From assembly GCA_963796795.1 (NCBI GenBank), contig CAWCNA010000013.1:11571-75570 (forward strand): a DNA stretch of 64,000 bases, given 5' to 3'. The translations under genes were made by a program, and so were the position numbers. This document shows, piece after piece, positions 1 to 9,876 of the stretch; position 1 is the stretch's first letter, and every line of letters begins with the position of its first letter. The notes beneath the pieces were generated by a model. The model made no database searches. It was not told where the DNA came from and saw nothing but the letters and a program-made list of their open reading frames with translations. Source of the DNA: Candidatus Adlerbacteria bacterium. Lineage in GTDB: Bacteria; Patescibacteriota; Minisyncoccia; Phycocordibacterales; SBAW01.

Positions 1-300
1 TCATGAAAAGAGCCCGAAAAGCGTGCACCGAGTGATACTACATACTCTTGCAATTGAATGCTGGCAAGCAACATTGCTTCCCAATCCTCAGGAGCTAAAA
101 ACTCCAATGGACGAGTAAAGTACAGAAAACCCTTAGCAGGATTGTTAAGTCTACGAAATAAAGATTCGTCCGTAGACATTCCATCGTCCCGTGCCGCGCG
201 GAACCGAGAGCAGAAATCTTCCATGGAATTCCTCCGCTAGAATGTGGTGTTCTTTCTTGCGTATATATAACATATTTTCTTTGCGATATACTAAAGCCAT

Positions 301-1302
301 ATGGAATCTTCTATCGATTTTTTTGCTATTGGCGACATTGTTACCGAGCCGTTTATCCGGCTTAAAGAAGCCAACGTCCACTGCAAAATAGACAACGAGC
401 AGTGCGAGATTTGCATGCGATGGGGAGACAAAATCCCCTATGACTACTTTGTATTAGTTCCTGCTGTCGGCAACGCATCGAACGCGGCGGTTGCGGCGGC
501 ACGTTTGGGCTTAAGCTCTGCCTTGCGCGCGTACGTTGGCGAAGATAGATACGGCGAAGACTGCTTCGCGGTTTTGAAACAAGAAAAAGTTGATACGACG
601 TTTATGGTCAAAGACCCATCGCGCCCCTCCAACTATCACTATGTGTTGTGGTACGAAACTGAGCGTACTATTTTGGTAAAGCACGAGGAGTATGACTATC
701 GCCTGCCAGAAATCCCCACAGATACCAAATGGATATATCTTTCGTCACTTGCAGACAACTCGCTTCCCTACCATGTCGCAATCGGTGAATGGTTGGTAAA
801 AAATCCAAACACGAAACTCGCCTTCCAGCCCGGCACATTTCAAATGAAATTAGGTGTCGACGCACTGAAAGATATATACGCCCGCACTGAACTATTTGTC
901 TGTAACAAAGAAGAGGCTGAACGGATTTTGAAACTAGATCCAACTGAAGACATTAAATCTCTTCTAGAGAGTTTGCATGCGCTCGGTCCAAAAATAATCG
1001 TCATTACTAATGATAGAAAGGGTGCGTACGCGCGTGCCGAAGACGGCACCTATTGGTTTGTGCCGATGTATCCGGACACCAGGCCTCCGTTTGAAAGGAC
1101 CGGTGCGGGAGATGCGTTTGCATCAAGCGTTACTGCGGCACTGGCACTCGGCAAACCGCTCAATGAAGCACTTTTGTGGGGCCCAGTAAATGCTATGTGT
1201 GTTGTTCAAGAAGTTGGCGCGCAAAAAGGTTTGCTCACTCGCGAAAAATTGGAAGAGTATATCAAAAACGCACCCGCAGAATACGCGATTTCAAAACTCT
1301 AA
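301..1302 (+). CDS. PfkB-family carbohydrate/nucleoside kinase (ribokinase-like)
   Basis: Intact 333-aa ORF. N-terminal 'FFAIGDIVTEP' and C-terminal 'TGAGDAFASS' match the two PfkB signature motifs. Confidence 0.7.
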   Translation: MESSIDFFAIGDIVTEPFIRLKEANVHCKIDNEQCEICMRWGDKIPYDYFVLVPAVGNASNAAVAAARLGLSSALRAYVGEDRYGEDCFAVLKQEKVDTTFMVKDPSRPSNYHYVLWYETERTILVKHEEYDYRLPEIPTDTKWIYLSSLADNSLPYHVAIGEWLVKNPNTKLAFQPGTFQMKLGVDALKDIYARTELFVCNKEEAERILKLDPTEDIKSLLESLHALGPKIIVITNDRKGAYARAEDGTYWFVPMYPDTRPPFERTGAGDAFASSVTAALALGKPLNEALLWGPVNAMCVVQEVGAQKGLLTREKLEEYIKNAPAEYAISKL

Positions 1303-1511
1303 CAAATTTCTAGTTGGCAGGGAGTACCGTTTCGCGCTCTATGGCCGAGGCCATGGCGTTCGCAACTGGATTTTCGTTAAATGCAACTTTCCACACTATC
1401 AAAAACGCACCCGAAGCAAAGCTCGCAACAAAAATTAAACTAATAACCGGGTTTATCCAGGCACTGAAGATGCTCGCGCTTCGGTTGCTTATCATACGTT
1501 CAGTATACTGT

Positions 1512-2537
1512 TTAGAATTTACGAGCAAACACGTTCTTCACAGCCTCCACAATATCCTGCACGCCCAGCTTGTATTCGACAATCAGTTGAGCAGCTTCTC
1601 CCGACTGGCCAAAACGGTCATACACGCCAATAAATTCAATGGGTACCGGTGATGTGCGCGCTAATACTTCAGCAATAGCGCTCCCGAGCCCACCTGCGAT
1701 TTGATGCTCTTCCACTGTGACAACAGCACCTGCGTTTTTTGCAGCCGCCGTTATTGTTTTTTCATCAAGCGGTTTTATTGTATGTACGTTAATAACTGAA
1801 ACTGCGATTTCGCTCTCCAGTTGTTTGGCAGCAAGGAGCGCGTTGTGCAGAAGCGGCCCAGTCGCAAAAATTGCCACTTGCGGATTTTCTCCCAGCCACA
1901 ACAGTTCTGCTTTTCCAATGAGGAATGGCGACTCTTTTGTTGTAATAACCGGAGTTTTTTCGCGCGCGAGGCGTATGTACACCGGCCCATCATAGGCAGC
2001 CGCGGCAAGTGTTGCCTTACGCGCCTCCTCTTTATCGCACGGCGATATAACCGTCATATTCGGCTGCACACGCATCAACGCAATATCTTCCAAGGCCTGA
2101 TGCGTCGCACCATCGGGGCCGACTGAAAGCCCTGCATGTGAGCCAACAATTTTAACCGGTACATTATTTAAAGAAATGGTGGTGCGAATTTGTTCGTTAT
2201 TGCGGCCAGGGGAAAAGGTAGCATACGAAGCAATGAAAGGGATTTTGCCATAGTTGGCCAAGCCCGATGCGACCGTTGCCAAATTTTGTTCGGCAACACC
2301 AACCTCGATATATCGCTCTGGATATTTTTCGCGGAAGGCAAGCATGCGCGTCGACTCTGCCAAGTCGGCGCACACCGCAACAACACGCGGATCTTTCTCA
2401 CCTAACTCAAGCAAGGCATCGCCAAAACCATCACGTGTCATCGCAAGCTCGGGCTTTTCAAGGACAGTTGGGGAAATTTTTTGATTGGAGGAAAGCATAT
2501 TATTCGCTGCCGACCCAGTAATAGTTTGGGCCTCCAA
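1512..2537 (-). CDS. Transketolase, C-terminal (pyrimidine-binding) subunit
   Basis: 341-aa ORF with transketolase Pyr and C-terminal domain sequence ('GVAEQNLATVASGLA', 'GPDGATHQALEDIALMR'). It is the split-gene form typical of CPR and archaea. Confidence 0.85.
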   Translation of the reverse strand: MEAQTITGSAANNMLSSNQKISPTVLEKPELAMTRDGFGDALLELGEKDPRVVAVCADLAESTRMLAFREKYPERYIEVGVAEQNLATVASGLANYGKIPFIASYATFSPGRNNEQIRTTISLNNVPVKIVGSHAGLSVGPDGATHQALEDIALMRVQPNMTVISPCDKEEARKATLAAAAYDGPVYIRLAREKTPVITTKESPFLIGKAELLWLGENPQVAIFATGPLLHNALLAAKQLESEIAVSVINVHTIKPLDEKTITAAAKNAGAVVTVEEHQIAGGLGSAIAEVLARTSPVPIEFIGVYDRFGQSGEAAQLIVEYKLGVQDIVEAVKNVFARKF

Positions 2538-2997
2538 TAGGGCACGCCACTTGGTTGCTAAACGTGCCTGTGGGCGCGGGGTTTTCCAAGTTCACCGAAA
2601 TAATATAATTCTGGTTGTTGTTGTAGACGCAATAATGATAGACATGACAATTTGCTGTAGTGCCGCAGTTGCCGAGGTCTGTGTTCTGGGGGTCAATCGG
2701 CATTGATGGAATATATGCGGTTGGGATTAGTGTCGACCAACAGAGCGAACTGCTAAACACGTCGCCTGTGCCAACACTGCACGCAACATTAGGGTTCGGG
2801 TACGAACCATTTTGCGTATTGTAGAGCTCAAGTGCCTTCTGCATCTCTTGCAAATCGCCTTGGCGTTTGGCATCGCGGCTTTTAACACGTGCGCTTGCCA
2901 GTGATGTCAGCACGATAGACGCAAGCAGCCCCAAAATAGTAACAACGACCAATAATTCTATAAGTGTAAAGCCGCGAGATTTTTTTTGTACACTCAT
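2500..2997 (-). CDS. Type IV pilin / pseudopilin-like protein
   Basis: N-terminus 'KSRGFTLIELLVVVTILGLLASIVL' is a class III prepilin leader with the conserved G/F cleavage site, Glu+5 and a hydrophobic helix. Cys pairs near the C-terminus. The gene overlaps the flanking genes by 38 nt and 4 nt. Confidence 0.75.
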   Translation of the reverse strand: MSVQKKSRGFTLIELLVVVTILGLLASIVLTSLASARVKSRDAKRQGDLQEMQKALELYNTQNGSYPNPNVACSVGTGDVFSSSLCWSTLIPTAYIPSMPIDPQNTDLGNCGTTANCHVYHYCVYNNNQNYIISVNLENPAPTGTFSNQVACPIGGPNYYWVGSE

Positions 2998-3476
2998 AGT
3001 AGTAGATACGCGGTAATACCCACAAAGACGAAAATAGAAGCAATCATAACTATATTTGCTTGCTTCTCATTTTTTACCAGCCCTGTGTGTATCAACAAGC
3101 CGATAATTCCCTTCGGCGCGGTGCGGCTGGTTGCTTCGTTATCCAAATACCGCGACGCGGATACAAACGGCCGTATTTCTGTGTTGCCTTCCACAATAGT
3201 CGGCGGTATAAGACCGCTGCCTTCCCTGCGCCGCTTTTCCATTTCGGCAAGGAACGCGGCATCTTGTGTCTGCGCGGCACTGGGTTCTTGCCCAGCAGGA
3301 ATGCTAACCCGTTCCCTCTCGACGTTTGAAAACGCCGCGGCAATGTCGCCAACTGCCCAGCCCTGCGCCATCAGCGCCTGTGTCAGTGTTTGTTTTGGAA
3401 ATTTGGAAGCATTTTCCCGTATATATGAAACAAGCTGCTCGTTTAGCATATCTTTAGTATAGCTGACACTATTCAT
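2994..3476 (-). CDS. Hypothetical tail-anchored membrane protein
   Basis: 160-aa ORF with a soluble N-terminal domain and a single C-terminal TM helix ('IVMIASIFVFVGITAYLLL'). It overlaps both neighbours, so it is in an operon with the transketolase halves and the pilin gene. Confidence 0.4.
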   Translation of the reverse strand: MNSVSYTKDMLNEQLVSYIRENASKFPKQTLTQALMAQGWAVGDIAAAFSNVERERVSIPAGQEPSAAQTQDAAFLAEMEKRRREGSGLIPPTIVEGNTEIRPFVSASRYLDNEATSRTAPKGIIGLLIHTGLVKNEKQANIVMIASIFVFVGITAYLLL

Positions 3477-4326
3477 GCTCGCTTTGTATGGCGCCCTTTA
3501 GTGTGCGCAGTTCTTTTAAAAATTTCTCTGCCTCTTCCTTAGTAGGCGGCTTGCCATGCCAGCGATAATCAAACTCTATTTCCTTTATTCCTTTGCCCGG
3601 GATTGTATGCGCAATAATCATCGTCGGCTTCTCATAAATGGCTTTTGCTTGGTCGGTGGCGTCAATGAATTCACGAATATTGTGTCCATCAACTTCTATC
3701 ACGTGCCAGTTAAATGCCTCGTATTTCGCACGCAAGTTTTCAAGCGGCATCACCTGTTCGGTCATCCCGTTTATCTGGATATTGTTTCGGTCGATTACTG
3801 CCGTGAGGTTGGAAAGTTTATTATTGCCCGCAAACATTGCGCCCTCCCATGTGTTGCCCGCGTTCTGCTCGCCGTTCGACATCGCGCAATACACACGGAA
3901 TTTCTTGGAGTCCATGCGCGCGCCGTATGCGTAGCCTGCCGCTTGCGAAAGGCCAGAACCGAGGGGGCCCGATGTGGTTTCGAGGCCGGGCAAACGCAGG
4001 CGCTCGGGGTGGCCTTGCAAACGCGAGCCAAATTTCCGCAATGTTAAGGATTCCTCAAGCGGAAAATATCCTGCGTGCGCCATGGCGGCATATCGCACCG
4101 GTACGATGTGACCGTTGGAAAGGATCAACCTATCGCGCTCTTCCCACTCTGGGTGCTTCGAATCGTGATTCAAAATATGAAAATAGAACGCCGAAAAAAT
4201 ATCGGCCATGCCGAGCGGCCCTGCCGTGTGCCCGCTGCCCGCTGCAACAAGCATCTCAATAATAGTTTCGCGAATTGCTTCGGCTTTTAACTCCAGTTCT
4301 TTTATTTTTTGCTCGCCAACAATCAT
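3469..4326 (-). CDS. Transketolase, N-terminal (TPP-binding) subunit
   Basis: 285-aa ORF: 'GSGHTAGPLGMADIFSAFYF', 'GHPE'. Confidence 0.85.
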   Translation of the reverse strand: MIVGEQKIKELELKAEAIRETIIEMLVAAGSGHTAGPLGMADIFSAFYFHILNHDSKHPEWEERDRLILSNGHIVPVRYAAMAHAGYFPLEESLTLRKFGSRLQGHPERLRLPGLETTSGPLGSGLSQAAGYAYGARMDSKKFRVYCAMSNGEQNAGNTWEGAMFAGNNKLSNLTAVIDRNNIQINGMTEQVMPLENLRAKYEAFNWHVIEVDGHNIREFIDATDQAKAIYEKPTMIIAHTIPGKGIKEIEFDYRWHGKPPTKEEAEKFLKELRTLKGAIQSEHE

Positions 4327-4331
4327 AGAAA

Positions 4332-5018
4332 TTATTTTACCCGTTCACGAAGCTCATGGAGTGCCTCGTTCGGGTCATCTGCATTGAGGATAGCATGGCC
4401 AATAATTACTCTATTCACTCCTGCGTCTGCAATTTTTTTTATGGTGTCCATATCAACACCGCCATCCACTTGTATCACAAGTTCGGGATAAAGCGTGCGA
4501 AGTTTTTGTATCAATTCTAAACATCGCTCATCAAACGGCTGGCCTTGCACGCCGACGCGGCCAATGCCCATCACCTGCACAAAATCATATAGTCCCATAT
4601 ATGGGACTACGGCTTCGGGCGATGCGCCTGCCATTAACGCGATGCCGACTTCAACCGGCACCAACTCTGTTCCACGATACTGCTGCAAAAGATTAAGCGC
4701 AGCCAAGGCACCCTCGGCACGTGCGTGTATGACAATGCCCGACGCACCCGCCTTCACGTACTGCTCGACATGCGTTTCCGGATGCTCCGCCATCACATCA
4801 AATTGGAATTCAAATTCCTGCCAAAATGGAATGCCTTCGTCGCCGTTGGCAAACGCGTCAAACGAACCTGGCGCGTTGTACGGCCATGTTATGTTTTTTG
4901 CATATACGCCATCGACCATGTCGACCTGCACCGTGCCTCCTAAATCTTGGATATGCGAAAGCTGCACCTCCAAGTCAGTCACGCTTTTGGGAAGTATGGC
5001 CGGAATAATTTCTATCAT
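4332..5018 (-). CDS. rpe: Ribulose-phosphate 3-epimerase
   Basis: 228-aa ORF: 'VQVDMVDG', 'IALMAG', 'VQVMGIGRVG', 'DGGV'. This is the typical RPE TIM-barrel sequence. Confidence 0.85.
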   Translation of the reverse strand: MIEIIPAILPKSVTDLEVQLSHIQDLGGTVQVDMVDGVYAKNITWPYNAPGSFDAFANGDEGIPFWQEFEFQFDVMAEHPETHVEQYVKAGASGIVIHARAEGALAALNLLQQYRGTELVPVEVGIALMAGASPEAVVPYMGLYDFVQVMGIGRVGVQGQPFDERCLELIQKLRTLYPELVIQVDGGVDMDTIKKIADAGVNRVIIGHAILNADDPNEALHELRERVK

Positions 5019-5456
5019 GCGTCTAGTTTTTTTATGCGGCGTACGTGACGTTCTTCATTACTGAACGGTGTGCTCAAAAAAAGTTCTACCGCTTGTTTTG
5101 CTTCTTCCTCTGGAAATAAACCTCGCACCGAGTGAGAGAATATTTGCATTATTATGCTCCCGAGAGATTTTGATGATGTCCGTACTTCCTCCATAATATA
5201 CTGCTGCACGAACTCCTTTAATTCTATTCGCGGCCATTGCCTCACCCTGCCCCGAGCCTCCAATGGCGATACCGAAACTTCCCTTATCTGCGGCCACCTT
5301 TTCTGCCAAAGGAGTAATGGTGTCCGGATAGTCATCTCCTTCTATATATATAGAAGGGCCGAGATCATCTATTTCTCTACCCTGCGTACGCAATAGCGTG
5401 ACGAGCGCATTTTTAAGTTCGAGCCCAGCGTGGTCGGAAGCAATATAAACTTTCAT
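5015..5456 (-). CDS. rpiB: Ribose-5-phosphate isomerase B (RpiB/LacAB family), apparent frameshift
   Basis: ORF 5058..5456 gives 'MKVYIASDHAGLELK...GIAIGGSGQGEAMAANR' and then junk. The conserved C-terminus 'EEEAKQAVELFLSTPFSNEERHVRRIKKL' continues in overlapping ORF 5015..5335 in another frame. A single indel lies near 5100-5150. Confidence 0.75.
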
Positions 5457-5509
5457 ATTCTCTATATTACAACACTATTTGATTAGGTTTGTGATAGAAT
5501 CGGGCGAAT

Positions 5510-5962
5510 ATGAGCATTATTCCCCATTTATATAAAAAGTATGTCCGAGGAACGGCCAAAAAAGCTATCGTGCAGTCGGTAACAGTCCTATTGTGTCATC
5601 TTACTGCAACCGTAATGAAAGGAGTAGGATCTTCTTGCCAGAAAATCTACATCAGTACGCGTGTGTTGAAACATATTTATGACAAACGACCTGCAGAAGA
5701 ATTTGATTTTTGTCTGGAGCACGTGATGAGCACAGTCCGCTACCCCAACCGCGTATATAAAAACAAAGGTGGCAAGCGAGGGGCCTATATTTTTGTAAAA
5801 GATGTACAGAATTCTCAATGTTTGGTATCTGTGGAAACAGTGACGGATGCAAATGGAAACGCCACACATTGTGAGGTGGCTACATTCTTCCGCCCCTCTG
5901 AAGGATACCTAAATAGTTACGAACTTTTGTGGGAGTGGAAGGATGGCACCCCTTCATCGTAA
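5510..5962 (+). CDS. Hypothetical protein, 150 aa, orphan plus-strand gene
   Basis: Long ORF in an otherwise minus-strand block with no recognisable family. His- and Lys-rich core 'LKHIYDKRPAEEFDFCLEHV...KGGKRGAYIFVK'. Confidence 0.3.
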   Translation: MSIIPHLYKKYVRGTAKKAIVQSVTVLLCHLTATVMKGVGSSCQKIYISTRVLKHIYDKRPAEEFDFCLEHVMSTVRYPNRVYKNKGGKRGAYIFVKDVQNSQCLVSVETVTDANGNATHCEVATFFRPSEGYLNSYELLWEWKDGTPSS

Positions 5963-6157
5963 TGCTTTCGATTCTGGTGTAACCCAGCCTAATTGCATCC
6001 CGCAGTAGAGCCTTTCTGCTTTTCACCCCCGCAAAAGACCGCAACCTATTCCGTTATAAATATACAGTGATGGTACTTTATTTTATGCAGGTTGTCCACA
6101 CTTCTCGATGACGTATATAATACTCTTTTCTTCCCAAAGAAAACGTGAATTTAACAT

Positions 6158-7216
6158 CTATATATGTGTTGCCAGGCGCTTCACGTGCTCGACAAGCGCA
6201 TGGGTGTACCCCATTTCGTTGTCGTACCAAGCTAGTACCTTTACCAAGTTGCCGTCAATGACGCGTGTGAGTGCCAAGTCAGCGATAGACGCATGAGTAC
6301 TCCCTAAAATATCCGAAGAGACGAGCGGCTCTTCTGTAACTGAAAATACCGGTTTCCAGCGTGGGTCGTCTGCTGCTTTTTTTAATATCGAATTTACTTC
6401 TTCAACTGTAGTAGTGCGTTTTGCAATAAATGTAACGTCAGCAATAGAGCCAGCAATAATTGGTACACGGAGCGAAATGCCGTCGAACTTCCCTGCCAAA
6501 GTGGGAATTGCTTTTGTAACCGCAATTGCGGCACCGGTCGATGACGGCACGATGTTGTGTGCGCCCGCGCGGCCGTCGCGAAAATCATCTTTGCCTTTTG
6601 CTTTTTTAACTGGGCCGTCTACTAAATTTTGTGATGCGGTGTAGCCATGTACCGTCGAGAGCACTGCTTTTTCAATACCAAGCGCTTCGTCCAAAATCTG
6701 TATCAGCGGGCTCGATGCATTTGTTGTGCATGATGCATTTGACGTGATAATGCTTGTTGCAAACTTGTCGTCATTGATGCCAACTAAAATAGTTGCACCA
6801 GCAAGGCCCTCGGGTGCTTCATCCTTAACAGGCGCCGTGATAACAACTCGCTTGGCGCCAGCGTCCAAGTGGACTTTTGCTTTTTCGTAGCTTGTAAAAA
6901 AACCTGTGCTTTCAACGACGATATCAATACCTAAATCTTTCCAAGGAAGTTTGCTCGGGTCAGCTTCTGCGTAGACAGGGATTTTTTTACCGCCGACAAT
7001 AATCGCTGCTTGCCCTGAGCCGGTCGTTGGGTCTCCTGCTTCTACCAAAAACGGCGCTTGGCCGTACACACTGTCATATTTCAAAAGATAGGCCAAATTT
7101 TCGGCATCGCCTAAATCATTTATTGCGACAACCTCAAAACCCTGCTCCTCATACGCCACCCGCATAAACGCGCGACCGATGCGCCCAAACCCATTAATTG
7201 CTATTTTTGTTGCCAT
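6158..7216 (-). CDS. gap: Glyceraldehyde-3-phosphate dehydrogenase, type I
   Basis: 352-aa ORF: 'INGFGRIGR' NAD-binding motif and 'SCTTN' catalytic Cys. Confidence 0.9.
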   Translation of the reverse strand: MATKIAINGFGRIGRAFMRVAYEEQGFEVVAINDLGDAENLAYLLKYDSVYGQAPFLVEAGDPTTGSGQAAIIVGGKKIPVYAEADPSKLPWKDLGIDIVVESTGFFTSYEKAKVHLDAGAKRVVITAPVKDEAPEGLAGATILVGINDDKFATSIITSNASCTTNASSPLIQILDEALGIEKAVLSTVHGYTASQNLVDGPVKKAKGKDDFRDGRAGAHNIVPSSTGAAIAVTKAIPTLAGKFDGISLRVPIIAGSIADVTFIAKRTTTVEEVNSILKKAADDPRWKPVFSVTEEPLVSSDILGSTHASIADLALTRVIDGNLVKVLAWYDNEMGYTHALVEHVKRLATHI

Positions 7217-7305
7217 ATATGCTGCAAATTATACCAGAGGAATTCATATATCTTTATATATCTGGTTGCGTCTTGCTATCCTAAGAGAGAATAAATTTCA
7301 TTCTT

Positions 7306-7545
7306 CTACTTTAAACCTAATCTCTTGCGCACTTCTTCCAGTGGTACAACTTTCCCCTGTTTGATCTGCTCGCGCGATACGGCTATATCCTGAGCAAAGA
7401 AAAAATCTATCTCCATTTTATCGTTTACATATGCCTGAGTTGCGAGGTTAAGTACCGCGCTTAATGTCACACCTTGCTTGCGTGCTTTTTTCATGGCTGC
7501 ATCTTTAAGTTTTTTGTTTGTATTGAATATAACTTTTACGTTCAT
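7306..7545 (-). CDS. RelB/DinJ-like antitoxin-type ribbon-helix-helix protein, no partner toxin
   Basis: 79-aa ORF 'MNVKVIFNTNKKLKDAAMKKARKQGVTLSAVLNLATQ...' matches the DinJ pattern (basic N-terminal strand 'V..R.D..LK..A' followed by helices). No RelE/YafQ-like ORF is adjacent. Confidence 0.45.
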   Translation of the reverse strand: MNVKVIFNTNKKLKDAAMKKARKQGVTLSAVLNLATQAYVNDKMEIDFFFAQDIAVSREQIKQGKVVPLEEVRKRLGLK

Positions 7546-7586
7546 ACATACAGTATATACCGGGTATATACACGGTCAAGCAACTT

Positions 7587-9824
7587 TTACTGCCCAGTGC
7601 TTGTTGCCTCGCTGCTCGTTGCGTTCGGGTCCACCACAATCACTGTGCGGGTTGCAGTGCCTGTCTGGCCGTTTTGGTCGGTCGCCGAGAAGAGGATGAT
7701 GTGGGTGCCCGGCTCTGTGGTATTAACCTGCAGCTGTTCGGGCGATGTACTTGTTGCCCCGTCGAGGGAGACCGTGTATCCAATGTTTGGGCTTACCGTG
7801 CTGTTGACTGTCACGCCTGGGTCTATATATGTATCACCAACATTGAGCTGTGCTGGATCGGCACCTATCAATGTGATTGTTGGCGGTGTTGAAGATGCAT
7901 TTGAGCCGCTTCCAGAGGACTGTCCTCCGTTAGAGCCGTTTGGCGTAGATGTTGCCGTGCCATTCATCACCGCAGAGAGCTGGTCGCCTGTAACGCAGAC
8001 TTCAGTTCCGTTCGATTTCGACACGCAGAGTTTGTCGGTGTGCACTTCTTTTGCAAATACTTTGTCAAAGATACCAACACTTGCATATACAACTTTGCCA
8101 ATAACATCCACTACTCCATTTCCTACACTCTGCAGAACCGATTGCAGCCCAGTCTTCATTGCATCGCTTGCATCACTAAATGCGCCTGCCCATGCCGGAG
8201 GCGTACTTGTTGCAGTTGTTTGTGCGGATGTTGTAGCAGTTGTAAGTTCCGCAAAAGTTGTCGTGCCAAGTAAGCTGTATGCATTCTGATTTATATTTGA
8301 TGCCAAAATCTGCCCTGTGAGATTTAAATTTCCATCTTCATCGAGAGTTGCAATATTCCTGCCAAGTTGATTTTTAAATACCAAACTCTGAGGATTCCCT
8401 GCTCCTTCCGCAATTCTGAAATCGTTTGCAAACACGGCGTCACCAAAGAATTGGTTGGTTCCTGCCCCGCTTCCAGAGTTAAGAAGAATCGAAGTCCCTG
8501 AAATTGCCAGACCTAGCTTATACGTTCCTACTGTTGTTGTAGCTCCACCGTTCGGTGCCCAATAATATGTACTGCCCGCAGTAAGCCCCGAGTAACCGCT
8601 GACAACACCGTTTGATGCGACAGTCACTGTACCTCCAGCGCTCGAGGCATTGGTAGCTACACCAATTACAGTCGTGTCTTGAGTTTGAAGGAGATATGCA
8701 GCAGCGATAGAGCCTGATGGGCTATATCCTAAAATAAATAAGGAGGGAGAAACCGCCGAGAGACTATATTCTGTTCCAAGGCTTCCTGGGAACGTAGATG
8801 CAGTACCCGCCGTCAACACAGTACCTGACAAGACCGAGGTGACGACCGAGTTGGAAGAATTGGTGCTTGAATAAACCACTACATGGCTTGAGTCAGGCGA
8901 TGTTATTAAAATACTGCCGTTACCAGATGAAAGGAGCGCGGCGGTGCTCCCCGCCGTTATGGTTGTACCTGAAACAGAGGCCGCAATTTCACCGGTGACA
9001 CCATTTGTGCTATCGGAATATGCAACAACAATATGTGATGAATCAGGAGAAATTATTGAAATACCACCGGGGATAGATGGGTTTAGATTGGTCTGTGTGC
9101 CTGCCGTGATAGTCGTACCCGATACGCTCGAGACAGTTGCATCCAAGAATGTAGTGCTCGTGTTCTTATACGCCATTGCAAAGTGTGTGGAGTCGAGAGC
9201 TGTAGTTATAGGAATAGTTGCATTGGTTGTACTTATCGCTGCTGGAGTACCAGCACTAATGGTAGTCCCTGAGACAGAGGCTACCACCGCACTAACCTTA
9301 AGTGAGCTTGCATTTAGATACCCCACAACGAAATGTGTCGCGTCGAGAGCAGAAACTTTTACGGAAGATTGATTGGTGCTTACCGAGTTAAGCTGAGTCT
9401 CGCTGCCCGAACCAACGTACGTTGTGCCAGACACGTTCACTATCATTGCATTTAGGAAGCCAGTATTTGGATCCTCAAATGCAACAACAAAATGAGATGA
9501 GTCGAGTGTTGCTATAGAGAGGAAGCTCAGCGGAGTACCACTTGTACTAAATATCTGGTGGGTGGTTTGAACACTAATATTCGTACCCGAGACAGTACCA
9601 AGAGCAATGGTGATTTGGTCAGGACTGCCGTCGAAATAGGCAAACGCAAAATGTGTAGAATCCAACATGGTTGCAACGGACGAACCACTAGCCGTACTAC
9701 CGTTGATTGTTGTAGAAGCAAGTGCTGTAACCGTACCTCCAGAAACTGCGCCTGCCTCGGTGGCATTGCCGTTTGTATACGCAACTACATCACCAACATT
9801 TATATTCGCGCTGCCCGAATCCAC
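7587..9824 (-). CDS. Giant surface protein paralog B, C-terminal segment ('DSTHFVVAY' repeats, FFGDAVFANDFRI domain, DUF5011-like Ig C-terminus)
   Basis: 745-aa ORF. The same reading frame stays open upstream to a stop at 9894-9896 and encodes 'ILSIDTNGNLKAKLKNLTSDYTVDSGSANINVGD', a module that is internal in the paralogs. This ORF is therefore the 3' part of the gene starting near 14912. The C-terminus 'TPPTITLIGADP...GTATRTVIVVD' is DUF5011-like. Confidence 0.7.
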   Translation of the reverse strand: MDSGSANINVGDVVAYTNGNATEAGAVSGGTVTALASTTINGSTASGSSVATMLDSTHFAFAYFDGSPDQITIALGTVSGTNISVQTTHQIFSTSGTPLSFLSIATLDSSHFVVAFEDPNTGFLNAMIVNVSGTTYVGSGSETQLNSVSTNQSSVKVSALDATHFVVGYLNASSLKVSAVVASVSGTTISAGTPAAISTTNATIPITTALDSTHFAMAYKNTSTTFLDATVSSVSGTTITAGTQTNLNPSIPGGISIISPDSSHIVVAYSDSTNGVTGEIAASVSGTTITAGSTAALLSSGNGSILITSPDSSHVVVYSSTNSSNSVVTSVLSGTVLTAGTASTFPGSLGTEYSLSAVSPSLFILGYSPSGSIAAAYLLQTQDTTVIGVATNASSAGGTVTVASNGVVSGYSGLTAGSTYYWAPNGGATTTVGTYKLGLAISGTSILLNSGSGAGTNQFFGDAVFANDFRIAEGAGNPQSLVFKNQLGRNIATLDEDGNLNLTGQILASNINQNAYSLLGTTTFAELTTATTSAQTTATSTPPAWAGAFSDASDAMKTGLQSVLQSVGNGVVDVIGKVVYASVGIFDKVFAKEVHTDKLCVSKSNGTEVCVTGDQLSAVMNGTATSTPNGSNGGQSSGSGSNASSTPPTITLIGADPAQLNVGDTYIDPGVTVNSTVSPNIGYTVSLDGATSTSPEQLQVNTTEPGTHIILFSATDQNGQTGTATRTVIVVDPNATSSEATSTGQ

Positions 9825-9876
9825 GGTATAGTCTGACGTAAGATTTTTGAGCTTTGCTTTTAAGTTGCCGTTGGTG

